DNA from: a virus
Lineage: Duplodnaviria; Caudoviricetes
DNA length: 41,937 bases
IMG/VR virus record: IMGVR_UViG_3300036797_000056
Span: 1 to 41,937 of that record
Reading direction: 5' to 3' (one strand)
The position numbers and the translations under genes are program-made. The notes beneath the pieces are model-generated. The model saw only the letters and a program-made list of their open reading frames with translations, ran no database searches and had not been told where the DNA came from. Shown here piece after piece: positions 1 to 8,555 of the stretch. The first letter of the stretch is position 1. Each line of letters begins with the position of its first letter.

Positions 1-73
1 CCCAAAAAATGCTCCGGGGGAAGATTTTGCACAAACAAACCGGGGTTAGGCCCTGGGAAAGTGGGGTTAAACA

Positions 74-517
74 GTGCACACGACTTCAAAAGCTGGTCTG
101 AATCTCATCAAGAGTTTTGAGGGGTTCCGTTCTAGCCAGTACAACGACGGAACTGGAGTGATGACGATCGGTTACGGAACGACTTCGGCTGATGTCAGTC
201 CGCTTCCGACTCATCTGACGGAGGAACAGGCTTCTGAACTGCTCGCCAAGAAGCTTCGAGAGAAGTACGAGCCCGCAGTTCACAATCTGCACTTGCCGCT
301 GAACCAGAATCAGTTCGATGCACTGGTTTCCGTGGCCTACAACCTCGGTCCAAACATCTTCGATCCGTCGCATGATATTGGTCGTGCCCTTCATGCGAAG
401 AATCTCGATGCGGTTCCGCGGATCCTGCTTGAGTACGATGATCCGGGAACGCCGGAGCAAGCTGGGCTTCTTCGTCGGCGTCAAGCAGAGGCCAAGCTCT
501 TCTCCACAAAGCCATAA
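74..517 (+). CDS. GH24 (T4/P21-like) lysozyme, catalytic domain only
   Basis: GLNLIKSFEGF..YNDGTGVMTIGYG gives the E-x8-D-x5-T triad; also LNQNQFDALVS..YNLG and GLLRRRQAEAKLF. Confidence 0.9.
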   Translation: MHTTSKAGLNLIKSFEGFRSSQYNDGTGVMTIGYGTTSADVSPLPTHLTEEQASELLAKKLREKYEPAVHNLHLPLNQNQFDALVSVAYNLGPNIFDPSHDIGRALHAKNLDAVPRILLEYDDPGTPEQAGLLRRRQAEAKLFSTKP

Positions 518-530
518 GTAAGGAGGGTCG

Positions 531-881
531 GTGGCTTCACGTCGAAAGACGTCTGAACCTGAGACGAAACGCCGTAGGCCAGCGACTACTCCTGAAGCTC
601 GTGAGCATGAGATGGTCTCGATGGCTATGGAGCTTGCTGAAAAGCAGATCCGCCAAGGCACCGCCTCGTCACAGGTCATTACGCATTTCCTCAAGGCTGG
701 GTCTTTACGTGAACAGCTTGAACAGGAACGAATCACTCACGAGAATGAACTTCTCAAGGTGAAGAAAGAAGCACTTGAATCACAGAAGCGTGTTGAAGAG
801 ATGTATATCGAAGCTCTCAATGCGATGCGAAGTTATTCTGGTCAAGCACCACCTGAAGAAGACGATGATGCAGACGATTAG
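531..881 (+). CDS. Conserved phage protein, possible terminase small subunit
   Basis: AGGAGG RBS upstream; helical, charged 116 aa protein at the genome left end next to an HNH gene; function inferred from position only. Confidence 0.45.
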   Translation: MASRRKTSEPETKRRRPATTPEAREHEMVSMAMELAEKQIRQGTASSQVITHFLKAGSLREQLEQERITHENELLKVKKEALESQKRVEEMYIEALNAMRSYSGQAPPEEDDDADD

Positions 882-1281
882 ATGCTACAGAGAACTTCAA
901 CGTCTTGAAACATTCGAAGAACGATTCGAGTATCTGAATCTAAGTGGGCAAGTTGGTCGAGACACATTTGGATTTGATCGATGGATCAACCAGAACTTCT
1001 ACACATCTCGTGAATGGCGTCGTGCTCGTCAGTTGGTGATCATACGAGACAACGGCTGTGACTTAGGAATAGCTGGACGCGAGATTCACGAAGATCTGTT
1101 AGTTCATCACATGAATCCTTTGACAAAAGATCAACTTATGCATAATGCTGGTGTAGCGTTAGACATCAATTATTTAGTCTGCACTACAAAAGTAACACAC
1201 AACGCAATCCACTACGGAAACCAAGAAAGTTTGCGTTCGTTGCCGGTTGATCGGCGTAGTGGCGACACAAACCTTTGGTAA
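865..1281 (+). CDS. HNH endonuclease, probably packaging-associated
   Basis: SREWRRAR..VIIRDNGCDLG...VHHMNP...NYLVC...THNAIHYG; start moved to ATG 865/868, which overlaps the previous gene end. Confidence 0.8.
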   Translation: MMQTIRCYRELQRLETFEERFEYLNLSGQVGRDTFGFDRWINQNFYTSREWRRARQLVIIRDNGCDLGIAGREIHEDLLVHHMNPLTKDQLMHNAGVALDINYLVCTTKVTHNAIHYGNQESLRSLPVDRRSGDTNLW

Positions 1282-1291
1282 AGGAGTAACT

Positions 1292-1549
1292 ATGGAAGAG
1301 CGTCTTCCCATCCCGTCCGGTGAGCAGGCAGTTCAGCCCGATTCGGCAGTCGACGATTTCGACGCCAAGGAACTGTCGCCAAACGCGCAGGACCAGGATC
1401 TCAACCCGGCACCGCCGACTGGCGATGTTCAGCCGGATGTCGATACTCAACACAACCTCGATCCGGCCAATGAGCCGCAGCCCGAGGAGACCCAACCGGA
1501 ACCTCAGCCCGCGGTTCAGCAGCCGGTTGAGGGACAGCCCCAGCCATGA
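1292..1549 (+). CDS. Acidic Pro/Gln-rich hypothetical protein, likely disordered
   Basis: AAGGAG RBS before ATG 1292; ATGA overlap with the next gene. Confidence 0.65.
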   Translation: MEERLPIPSGEQAVQPDSAVDDFDAKELSPNAQDQDLNPAPPTGDVQPDVDTQHNLDPANEPQPEETQPEPQPAVQQPVEGQPQP

Positions 1550-2067
1550 GCGGGGCTCTCTCGAATCTGCGGCCAATCGACAAGCAGATCGCTCGTGCCA
1601 TCACAAGGCGCGCAGCACTGGTTGGTCTGAAAAACGCCGCGGCTCTTCATTACACCGAAGGGTCGTCTCGCTGGCAAGGCATTTCCCAGCGGCTGTCATC
1701 TGAGGAAGGCCACTTCCCGGATTACGCTGACTGTTCCTCATTCGCCACCTGGTGTTTGTGGAATGGTTTGCATCTCCGGTTCGGTCAGCCCGACAACGTC
1801 AATGGCGACAACTGGAACGGTGGATACACTGGTACGCTGCTCAGTCACGGCCAGCCTGTCGGCAACATCCATCAGGTGGCTTGGGGTGACTTGGTTCTCT
1901 ACGGAGATCCGGGAACTTCAGGCAAGCACACGGCCATCATCACCAATGTCGGCACTGCGAGTGCTGGCGGAGTCCCGCATGTTGTCAGTAACGGATCCGA
2001 AGGTGGACCGTACTGGCTGCCGTACAACTACCGGTCGGATGTCATGTGCATCCGGCGCTACATCTAG
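1546..2067 (+). CDS. NlpC/P60-family cell wall peptidase (candidate endolysin)
   Basis: DCSSF catalytic Cys motif, GDLVLYG, HTAI catalytic His. Confidence 0.8.
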   Translation: MSGALSNLRPIDKQIARAITRRAALVGLKNAAALHYTEGSSRWQGISQRLSSEEGHFPDYADCSSFATWCLWNGLHLRFGQPDNVNGDNWNGGYTGTLLSHGQPVGNIHQVAWGDLVLYGDPGTSGKHTAIITNVGTASAGGVPHVVSNGSEGGPYWLPYNYRSDVMCIRRYI

Positions 2068-2087
2068 TCTGAGAAAGGAGGGTGGCA

Positions 2088-2534
2088 ATGGATCAGAGTA
2101 TCCTGAATTCGACCAAGAAGATCCTTGGTCTCGATCCGGACTATACGGCGTTCGATCAGGACGTCATCACTCACATCAACTCGGCGTTTGCCACCCTCAC
2201 TCAGCTGGGGATTGGTCCTGTCGACGGTTTCATGATCGAAGACGCAACCCCCAGTTGGAGTGATATTTTGGGCAACGATCTTGGTCTAAACATGGTCAAG
2301 ACGTATGTCTACCTCAAGGTTCGTATGGTGTTCGACCCACAGTCGACTCGTTACACCATCGCAGCAATGACGACTCAAATCAGTGAACTCGAGTGGCGAA
2401 TGAACATTCACCGAGAGGACATTGCATGGGTGAGTCCGTTTCCGCCCGACGATGACGATGATGTCAATCCTGAAGATCGTGATCCGTGGGCTTATGATTC
2501 GCCATTCAATCCCGAGCGACAGGATGAGCCGTGA
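2088..2534 (+). CDS. Putative head-tail adaptor/connector
   Basis: SILNSTKKILG..FDQDVITHINSAF..L and YVYLKVRMVFDP resemble gp6/gp15-like connectors; AGGAGG RBS. Confidence 0.55.
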   Translation: MDQSILNSTKKILGLDPDYTAFDQDVITHINSAFATLTQLGIGPVDGFMIEDATPSWSDILGNDLGLNMVKTYVYLKVRMVFDPQSTRYTIAAMTTQISELEWRMNIHREDIAWVSPFPPDDDDDVNPEDRDPWAYDSPFNPERQDEP

Positions 2535-2965
2535 CAGTCGAGGAAATCCTTGCCCATCACGGGATCAAGGGAATGCACTGGGGAGTTCGCAAGTCAGTAA
2601 GCGAACATATCCCCACTGGGCACAACCTTGGTCCGGGAGCAGAAACCCACACACAAAGCGGGTCCAAGATTAAGTACATCCATGAGCATGCGGCTGGAAA
2701 AGCTGAGGTTGATCGGATCGTTAGGGAGCATGGTATTCAAGCGGTCTCTAACCATCAACTTCGTACAGCGAATGAGCGCACCCAGCTTGAGAACCAGTAC
2801 AAGCAGGGTCAGCCAGCAACAACAGGCCAGAAGGCGGCTACGTCTGGTAAGAAGTTCGCTGGCGAGTTGCTCAAGGACACTGGAAAGCAGGAAGTTCGCA
2901 AGGCGCTGGCAAAGCAACTTGCAAAGAAGGCAGCAAAGACTGCTGTAACTGCTGCCATCGTCTAA
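2531..2965 (+). CDS. Basic virion-associated protein with N-terminal LAHHGIKGMHWGVRK motif
   Basis: H-x-G-x-K-G-M-x-W-G motif recurrent in this phage group; Lys/Ala-rich C-terminus. Confidence 0.65.
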   Translation: MTVEEILAHHGIKGMHWGVRKSVSEHIPTGHNLGPGAETHTQSGSKIKYIHEHAAGKAEVDRIVREHGIQAVSNHQLRTANERTQLENQYKQGQPATTGQKAATSGKKFAGELLKDTGKQEVRKALAKQLAKKAAKTAVTAAIV

Positions 2966-2975
2966 GGAGGTAATA

Positions 2976-4718
2976 GTGCTGTCCAATACGGCAACCCCGA
3001 AGTATTACGGGATGTTTCGTGATGCAGTCATTCGGGGCGACATCCCTGTCAATCGTGAGATTGCTCAGGAGATGAACCGTATTGATGCACTCATTACCAA
3101 TCCTGAGATCTACTACGATGAGACTGCAATTGATGGTTTCATCAGGTATTGTGAGAACGAACTCACGCTGACAGACGGTAGTGACCTTCGATTGCTGTTC
3201 ACGTTTAAGCTTTGGGCTGAACAGATATTTGGTTGGTACTACTTCATCGAACGAAGTGTGTATGTGCCAAATGAAGAAGGTCATGGTGGGCGCTATGTCA
3301 AAAAGACAATCAAAAAGCGACTCACCACAAAGCAATATTTGATAGTGGCTCGCGGTGCCGCAAAGTCGATGTATGCATCTTGCATTCAGAACTACTACCT
3401 GAATGTTGATACGTCGACGACGCATCAGATCACAACGGCGCCAACGATGAAGCAGGCTGACGAAGTGATGTCACCGATTCGTACGTCGATCACGCGGTCT
3501 CGCGGGCCACTATTCAAATTTCTCACCGAAGGTTCGCTTCAAAACACGACAGGATCAAGGGCTCTCCGTGTCAAACTCGCAGCAACAAAGAAAGGCGTCG
3601 AAAACTTCCTCACAGGGTCGCTTCTTGAGATTCGGCCCATGGCTATTAACAAGCTCCAAGGCCTTCGGCCTAAGGTATCATCAATTGACGAATGGCTCTC
3701 GGGGGATCTACGTGAAGACGTGGTTGGAGCCGTCGAGCAAGGTGCGTCAAAACTTGATGATTACCTTATCCTTGCGATCTCGTCCGAAGGTACTGTGCGT
3801 AATGGCTCGGGTGACACGATCAAGTTGGAACTTGCCGATATTCTCAAAGGTGAGTATCAAGCGCCACACGTCTCGATCTGGCACTACAAGTTAGATGAAC
3901 TCGAAGAAGTTGCAGATCCAGCAACTTGGCTCAAAGCTCAACCAAACTTAGGTCAGACAATTAGCTATGAGACCTATCACCTTGACGTTGAGCGGGCAGA
4001 GAAAGCACCCGCTTCGCGCAACGATATTCTGGCAAAGAGATTTGGGATCCCAATGGAGGGATACACATATTTCTTCACCTATGAAGAGACGCTTCCTCAT
4101 CGCCGTCAGAATTTCCACGGAATGCCGTGCGCGGTAGGAGCAGATCTTTCGCAAGGTGATGACTTCTGTGCTTTTACCTTCTTGTTTCCACTTGGCGGCG
4201 AAAAGTATGGTGTCAAGACCCGGAGTTACATTACCGAACGCACATTGATGCTTCTACCTGGGGCTATGCGTCAGAAGTACGAAGAGTTCATCAATGAAGC
4301 CAGTCTTCATATCATGCCCGGTACTGTTCTGGACATGATGGAGGTTTATGACGATCTGGATTCCTTCATTGAGAAGTCAGAGTATGACGCTCGCTCCCTT
4401 GGTTACGACCCATACAACGCCAAAGAGTTTGTTGAGCGTTGGGAGATGGAGAACGGCCCTTACGGGATTGAGAAAGTCATTCAGGGTGCCAGAACTGAAT
4501 CGGTTCCACTTGGCGAACTGAAGAAACTAAGCGAAGATCGTATGCTTCTGTTTGATCAAGCGCTGATGACGTTTGCAATGGGTAACGCGATCACACTTGA
4601 GGATACAAACGGCAATCGTAAGCTTCTCAAGAAACGCCAAGATGAAAAGATCGATAACGTGGCGGCACTTATGGACGCCTACATCGCTTTCAAAGCCAAT
4701 AAGGAGGCGTTTGAGTAA
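2976..4718 (+). CDS. terL: Terminase large subunit
   Basis: Walker A-like VARGAAKS, Walker B SSIDE, coupling motif ISSEG, nuclease motifs GADLSQGDD and KIDNVAALMDA. Confidence 0.93.
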   Translation: MLSNTATPKYYGMFRDAVIRGDIPVNREIAQEMNRIDALITNPEIYYDETAIDGFIRYCENELTLTDGSDLRLLFTFKLWAEQIFGWYYFIERSVYVPNEEGHGGRYVKKTIKKRLTTKQYLIVARGAAKSMYASCIQNYYLNVDTSTTHQITTAPTMKQADEVMSPIRTSITRSRGPLFKFLTEGSLQNTTGSRALRVKLAATKKGVENFLTGSLLEIRPMAINKLQGLRPKVSSIDEWLSGDLREDVVGAVEQGASKLDDYLILAISSEGTVRNGSGDTIKLELADILKGEYQAPHVSIWHYKLDELEEVADPATWLKAQPNLGQTISYETYHLDVERAEKAPASRNDILAKRFGIPMEGYTYFFTYEETLPHRRQNFHGMPCAVGADLSQGDDFCAFTFLFPLGGEKYGVKTRSYITERTLMLLPGAMRQKYEEFINEASLHIMPGTVLDMMEVYDDLDSFIEKSEYDARSLGYDPYNAKEFVERWEMENGPYGIEKVIQGARTESVPLGELKKLSEDRMLLFDQALMTFAMGNAITLEDTNGNRKLLKKRQDEKIDNVAALMDAYIAFKANKEAFE

Positions 4719-4972
4719 TGACTATGGAATCAGAGCCAGCTAAAGCGATCATTGTTCCTGGTGGGTCGGTTGACACTGAGGGATTTACTGAGCGCTTGCC
4801 AATGAAGCTGCAACTGTTTGATCAAGATGGGAATCCTGTTGATCTCTCAGGGCTTCTGGCCTTCGCGTCGCTCTTTGATTTCACCGGAGCACAGGATGGT
4901 TATATTCTGGCTTTCGATGCTGTCAAAGGTAAGTACGTTCCTCTTCCACTCTCTTCAACACAAGGCTCTTAA
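4718..4972 (+). CDS. Small virion protein, probable fibre adaptor
   Basis: LQLFDQDGNPVDL segment also present at the N-terminus of the next gene; TAATG coupling with terL. Confidence 0.5.
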   Translation: MTMESEPAKAIIVPGGSVDTEGFTERLPMKLQLFDQDGNPVDLSGLLAFASLFDFTGAQDGYILAFDAVKGKYVPLPLSSTQGS

Positions 4973-4975
4973 CCT

Positions 4976-6565
4976 ATGTCAACAGGTCCAATCACACAGA
5001 TAGCGGTTATTTCTCGTGATGAGAGTGACCCATCAGCGATTGCAGATCGACTCACCCTAGTTGATGCCGACGGCAATCCGCTTTCAATTCCTGATGATAC
5101 AGATCTTCAGGCAGTACTCAGTCTGGCACCAAACATTACGGCTGGAAAGCTTGGTGCTGGTGGTATCGATGATGAAGTAGCAGGTCCACAGGGTGAACAG
5201 GGTATTCAGGGTGTTCCTGGCCCTCCTGGTTCTGCTGGAGCTACGGGCCCAACGGGTGCAACTGGCGCCACGGGTGCCACGGGAGCTACAGGTGCTGCCG
5301 GTGCAACGGGTGCTACTGGCCCAACTGGGCCAACCGGCGCCGCGGGCGCTGCTGGTTTGAATTGGAAGGAAAATGTCTATACCGGTACCCTAGCCCAAGC
5401 AGTTAATGATGCCACGACGTACAACGGATCCTCGTATCGTTGTATTCGTGCGCAGAATGCTCCTGGTGCAATTTCATTTGTTGCATCTGGTGCAGTTGAT
5501 GCATCAGCGACAATCGCTGTTCCTGCTGGCGCCCAGGTTAACGATTTGCTTGTCATTGCTGCTGTTGATACTAGTGGGTTTGCTTTCACAACTTTACCCA
5601 CATTGCCTAGTGGTACGACGTTTACACTTCAGGCAAGTTCAATTGGTGGCGCTGGATATTTGGGGCTCAATGTCTGGACTGCAACGTTGGCCTTCGCTGA
5701 TCTTACAGCTAACGTTACGCTTCCTCTCGAGCATACTAGTGCAGTCGCTGCAAGTGCTTGCGCAAAGGTGTATAGAAATGCCACCGTCGAGCAGGTAGTC
5801 AACCCCAACACTGGATCGCTTACAACTAGTTGGCCCGATATTGCTGCAACACTGACGAACGCCAGTGACATTGCGGTTGAGTTTATTGGGCTTGCCGCAG
5901 GTGCGGGCGTTGGTGTCAGTGGTGGTACAAATACGATTACCGGACATCTTGTCGGTTCTCAGGATGTTATCCCCGGTGTGTCTGGTGCATTTTCTCCGGG
6001 GTCATACCCGAACTTCACAAGTGCAACCAGTCAGCATGATGCGCAGATCTGTTTGGTTCTGAAACAGGCTGCTGCAATGCCGTTTGCTCCATCGAACTGG
6101 ACGACACTGGCGGCTCAAGGAGCAACTGGCGCTACGGGGCCAACGGGTGCTACTGGCGTTCTTTCTACGCATCGATTCAAGTATCATTCTGGTGCTGGGG
6201 TCTATGCCCAGATCGCTGAAGCTCAGGTTGCTCATAATAACTCAGATTACGACACCGATCCTACGTGGACTGCTACTAGTGGTAATAACCGGTTTACTCC
6301 ACTAATTGCTGGTCTATATTTACTGACGGTTAACTATCAGGGTATTCTAAATGGTGGTAGTTGGGTAGAGTTGCGTATTCGAAAGAATGGCGCAGTAGTT
6401 GGTGATGGGCATTTTCGGTCCCCAACAGTCCAAATGCCATTTTTTAGTGGGTCATGTTTCGTTGCATTCAACGGAACAACCGATTATGCTGATGTGTCTG
6501 TTCTGGCCGATACCAACGGTGCGAATGCATTTCAGTCCTGGTTCTCTGGTGTATTTCTAGGGTAA
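4976..6565 (+). CDS. Collagen-like fibre protein with C1q/TNF-like C-terminal domain
   Basis: Two G-X-Y tracts, beta-rich middle region, C-terminal [13 protein letters not shown]...SWFSGVFLG. Confidence 0.75.
   Translation: MSTGPITQIAVISRDESDPSAIADRLTLVDADGNPLSIPDDTDLQAVLSLAPNITAGKLGAGGIDDEVAGPQGEQGIQGVPGPPGSAGATGPTGATGATGATGATGAAGATGATGPTGPTGAAGAAGLNWKENVYTGTLAQAVNDATTYNGSSYRCIRAQNAPGAISFVASGAVDASATIAVPAGAQVNDLLVIAAVDTSGFAFTTLPTLPSGTTFTLQASSIGGAGYLGLNVWTATLAFADLTANVTLPLEHTSAVAASACAKVYRNATVEQVVNPNTGSLTTSWPDIAATLTNASDIAVEFIGLAAGAGVGVSGGTNTITGHLVGSQDVIPGVSGAFSPGSYPNFTSATSQHDAQICLVLKQAAAMPFAPSNWTTLAAQGATGATGPTGATGVLSTHRFKYHSGAGVYAQIAEAQVAHNNSDYDTDPTWTATSGNNRFTPLIAGLYLLTVNYQGILNGGSWVELRIRKNGAVVGDGHFRSPTVQMPFFSGSCFVAFNGTTDYADVSVLADTNGANAFQSWFSGVFLG
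5183..5356 (+). repeat. Collagen G-X-Y repeat (19 triplets), mostly GAT/GPT
   Basis: Read directly from the translation; a shorter copy lies near 6119-6157. Confidence 0.9.
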
Positions 6566-6590
6566 CACGATTAGCGAAAGGAGGTGATGC

Positions 6591-7988
6591 GTGGCCAAAA
6601 TGTCGACCAGGCTAAAGCACGCTTGGAATGCGTTCGCAGGTAACCCACAACGACCGCTCCAGGTAACGCAATACCCTGGTCCAGCGACCACAAGACGTCC
6701 GGATCGTCCGACACTGTTTATTTCGACCGAACGATCGATCATCTCCGCGATCTATACACGATTGGGCATTGATGTTGCATCAATCGTTATGGAACACTGT
6801 CGTGTTGATGATCAGGGCCGGTACACGGAGTCGATTCCTAGCGCATTAAACAATTGTCTCACCGTTGAAGCAAACATTGATCAGGCCGCGACGATGTTTC
6901 GTCAAGACTTGACAATTACATTGCTTGAAACGGGCGTAGCGGCAATTGTTCCAGTTGACACAACAATTAGTCCACTTTTGAGTGGTGGTTGGGATGTCAA
7001 CACCATCCGCGTTGGCGAAGTGATCCAGTTCTATCCTCAGTACGTGCGCGTACGCGTGTATAACGAGAAGACTGGTATTAAGGAAGAAGTGACGTTGCCG
7101 AAGAACATGGTGGCGATCATCGAAAATCCGCTTTACCAGGTCATGAATGAGACGAACTCAACATTGAAGCGTCTTGTTCATAAACTGAATCTGTTGGATG
7201 CGATTGATGATCAGTCATCTTCTGGGAAACTGGATCTGATCATTCAGCTTCCTTATGTTGTCAAGTCTGAGGCTCGACGAGCACAGGCTATGCAAAGGCG
7301 AGAGGACATCGAGTTCCAACTTACCGGTAGTAAGTACGGTATTGCCTATGCCGATGGCACAGAGAAGATCACCCAGTTGAATCGTCCAGTCACCAACAAT
7401 TTGATGGATCAGGTGACTTATCTGATGGGACTGTTGTATGAACAGTTGGGTCTTACTACCAACGTCATGAACGGTACTGCTGGGGAACCCGAGATGCTGA
7501 ACTACTGGAACCGCACGATCGAGCCAATCGTGACCGCGATTACAGAAGAGATCAAGCGGAAGTTCTTGACCAAGACTGCACGTACACAAGGACAGTCAGT
7601 TCTGTACTTCCGTGACGTGTTCAAGCTTCTTCCACTCGGTGGCGATGGTGGTATTGCAGACATTGCAGACAAGTTCTCTCGTAACGAGATTCTGGCTGCA
7701 AACGAGATACGTCAGGTCATTGGTGTCAAGCCGTCTAAGGATCCGAAGGCTGACGAGCTGAGTAACAAGAACATGCCTCAGCCAAACGGTGGTCTACCAG
7801 CTTCAACTGGAGATTCAACTGCGCCTCCGGATGATGGTTCAACTCCACCGCCGGATGACAGTTCAACTCCCCCAAATGATCCAGCAACAATGAGCCACTC
7901 GTTTGACCAGATTGACAGCGCCATTAACGATGCGTTCTCCAATCTTGGTCTAGACGATTCATCGGCGGAAGACAATGCTTCTTCCTAA
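6591..7988 (+). CDS. Portal protein
   Basis: 465 aa between terminase and protease/capsid; IYTRLGIDVA, GKLDLIIQLPY, YWNRTIEPI, NEIRQVIG; GGAGGTG RBS. Confidence 0.88.
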   Translation: MAKMSTRLKHAWNAFAGNPQRPLQVTQYPGPATTRRPDRPTLFISTERSIISAIYTRLGIDVASIVMEHCRVDDQGRYTESIPSALNNCLTVEANIDQAATMFRQDLTITLLETGVAAIVPVDTTISPLLSGGWDVNTIRVGEVIQFYPQYVRVRVYNEKTGIKEEVTLPKNMVAIIENPLYQVMNETNSTLKRLVHKLNLLDAIDDQSSSGKLDLIIQLPYVVKSEARRAQAMQRREDIEFQLTGSKYGIAYADGTEKITQLNRPVTNNLMDQVTYLMGLLYEQLGLTTNVMNGTAGEPEMLNYWNRTIEPIVTAITEEIKRKFLTKTARTQGQSVLYFRDVFKLLPLGGDGGIADIADKFSRNEILAANEIRQVIGVKPSKDPKADELSNKNMPQPNGGLPASTGDSTAPPDDGSTPPPDDSSTPPNDPATMSHSFDQIDSAINDAFSNLGLDDSSAEDNASS

Positions 7989-8520
7989 TGGTGAAACGCT
8001 CATTCATGATCGAGCACCGTATAACCCACAGAAAGCTCACGAGTATTACATCCGTACTCGTCATCTAAAAGGTAGACGTCACGGATCTGGCCAGGATTAT
8101 TCAGTTGTTTCGAAGTATGGAACAGTTGAGAAACTGACTGGTCAACAACTTACTGAGCAACGAGTTTATGCGGCTCATCGTGTGACAACGATTCAAAATA
8201 GACTCAAAGATTTGGGTACAAAACTTCAAGCGCTGGTTGCTTCACAAAGCAAGACAAAAACGCCAGCATCTAAAACTGCGGCTGGGAAAGCTACAGCTGC
8301 TGCAAAGGCAAAGACGTATCGCCAGACACATAAGCAGCAGATCTCGAACAAAGCAAAAGCCAGCACCAAAAAGGCCGCAACTACAACTACTAAGAAGGCT
8401 CCTGTCTCTACGACAACGAGGATCAATAGTCTTCAAGACAAAATTGCTGTCACAAAGCAGGACCTTCTAGATGCAGTGGCGAAACAGCGCCGTCTGGCTG
8501 CGGCCAAGAAAATCGGCTAG
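7975..8520 (+). CDS. Very basic Lys/Thr/Ala-rich head-region protein
   Basis: LIH..PYNPQKAHEYYIRTRHLKGR N-terminus; histone-like low-complexity middle. Confidence 0.6.
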   Translation: MLLPNGETLIHDRAPYNPQKAHEYYIRTRHLKGRRHGSGQDYSVVSKYGTVEKLTGQQLTEQRVYAAHRVTTIQNRLKDLGTKLQALVASQSKTKTPASKTAAGKATAAAKAKTYRQTHKQQISNKAKASTKKAATTTTKKAPVSTTTRINSLQDKIAVTKQDLLDAVAKQRRLAAAKKIG

Positions 8521-8555
8521 TCGCCAACTATCCAATCCCGAAAGGATCAGTCAAA

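Noticed and set aside
7815-7880. Tandem 24-bp repeats (STxPPDD) at the portal C-terminus
   Set aside because: Ordinary low-complexity linker expansion
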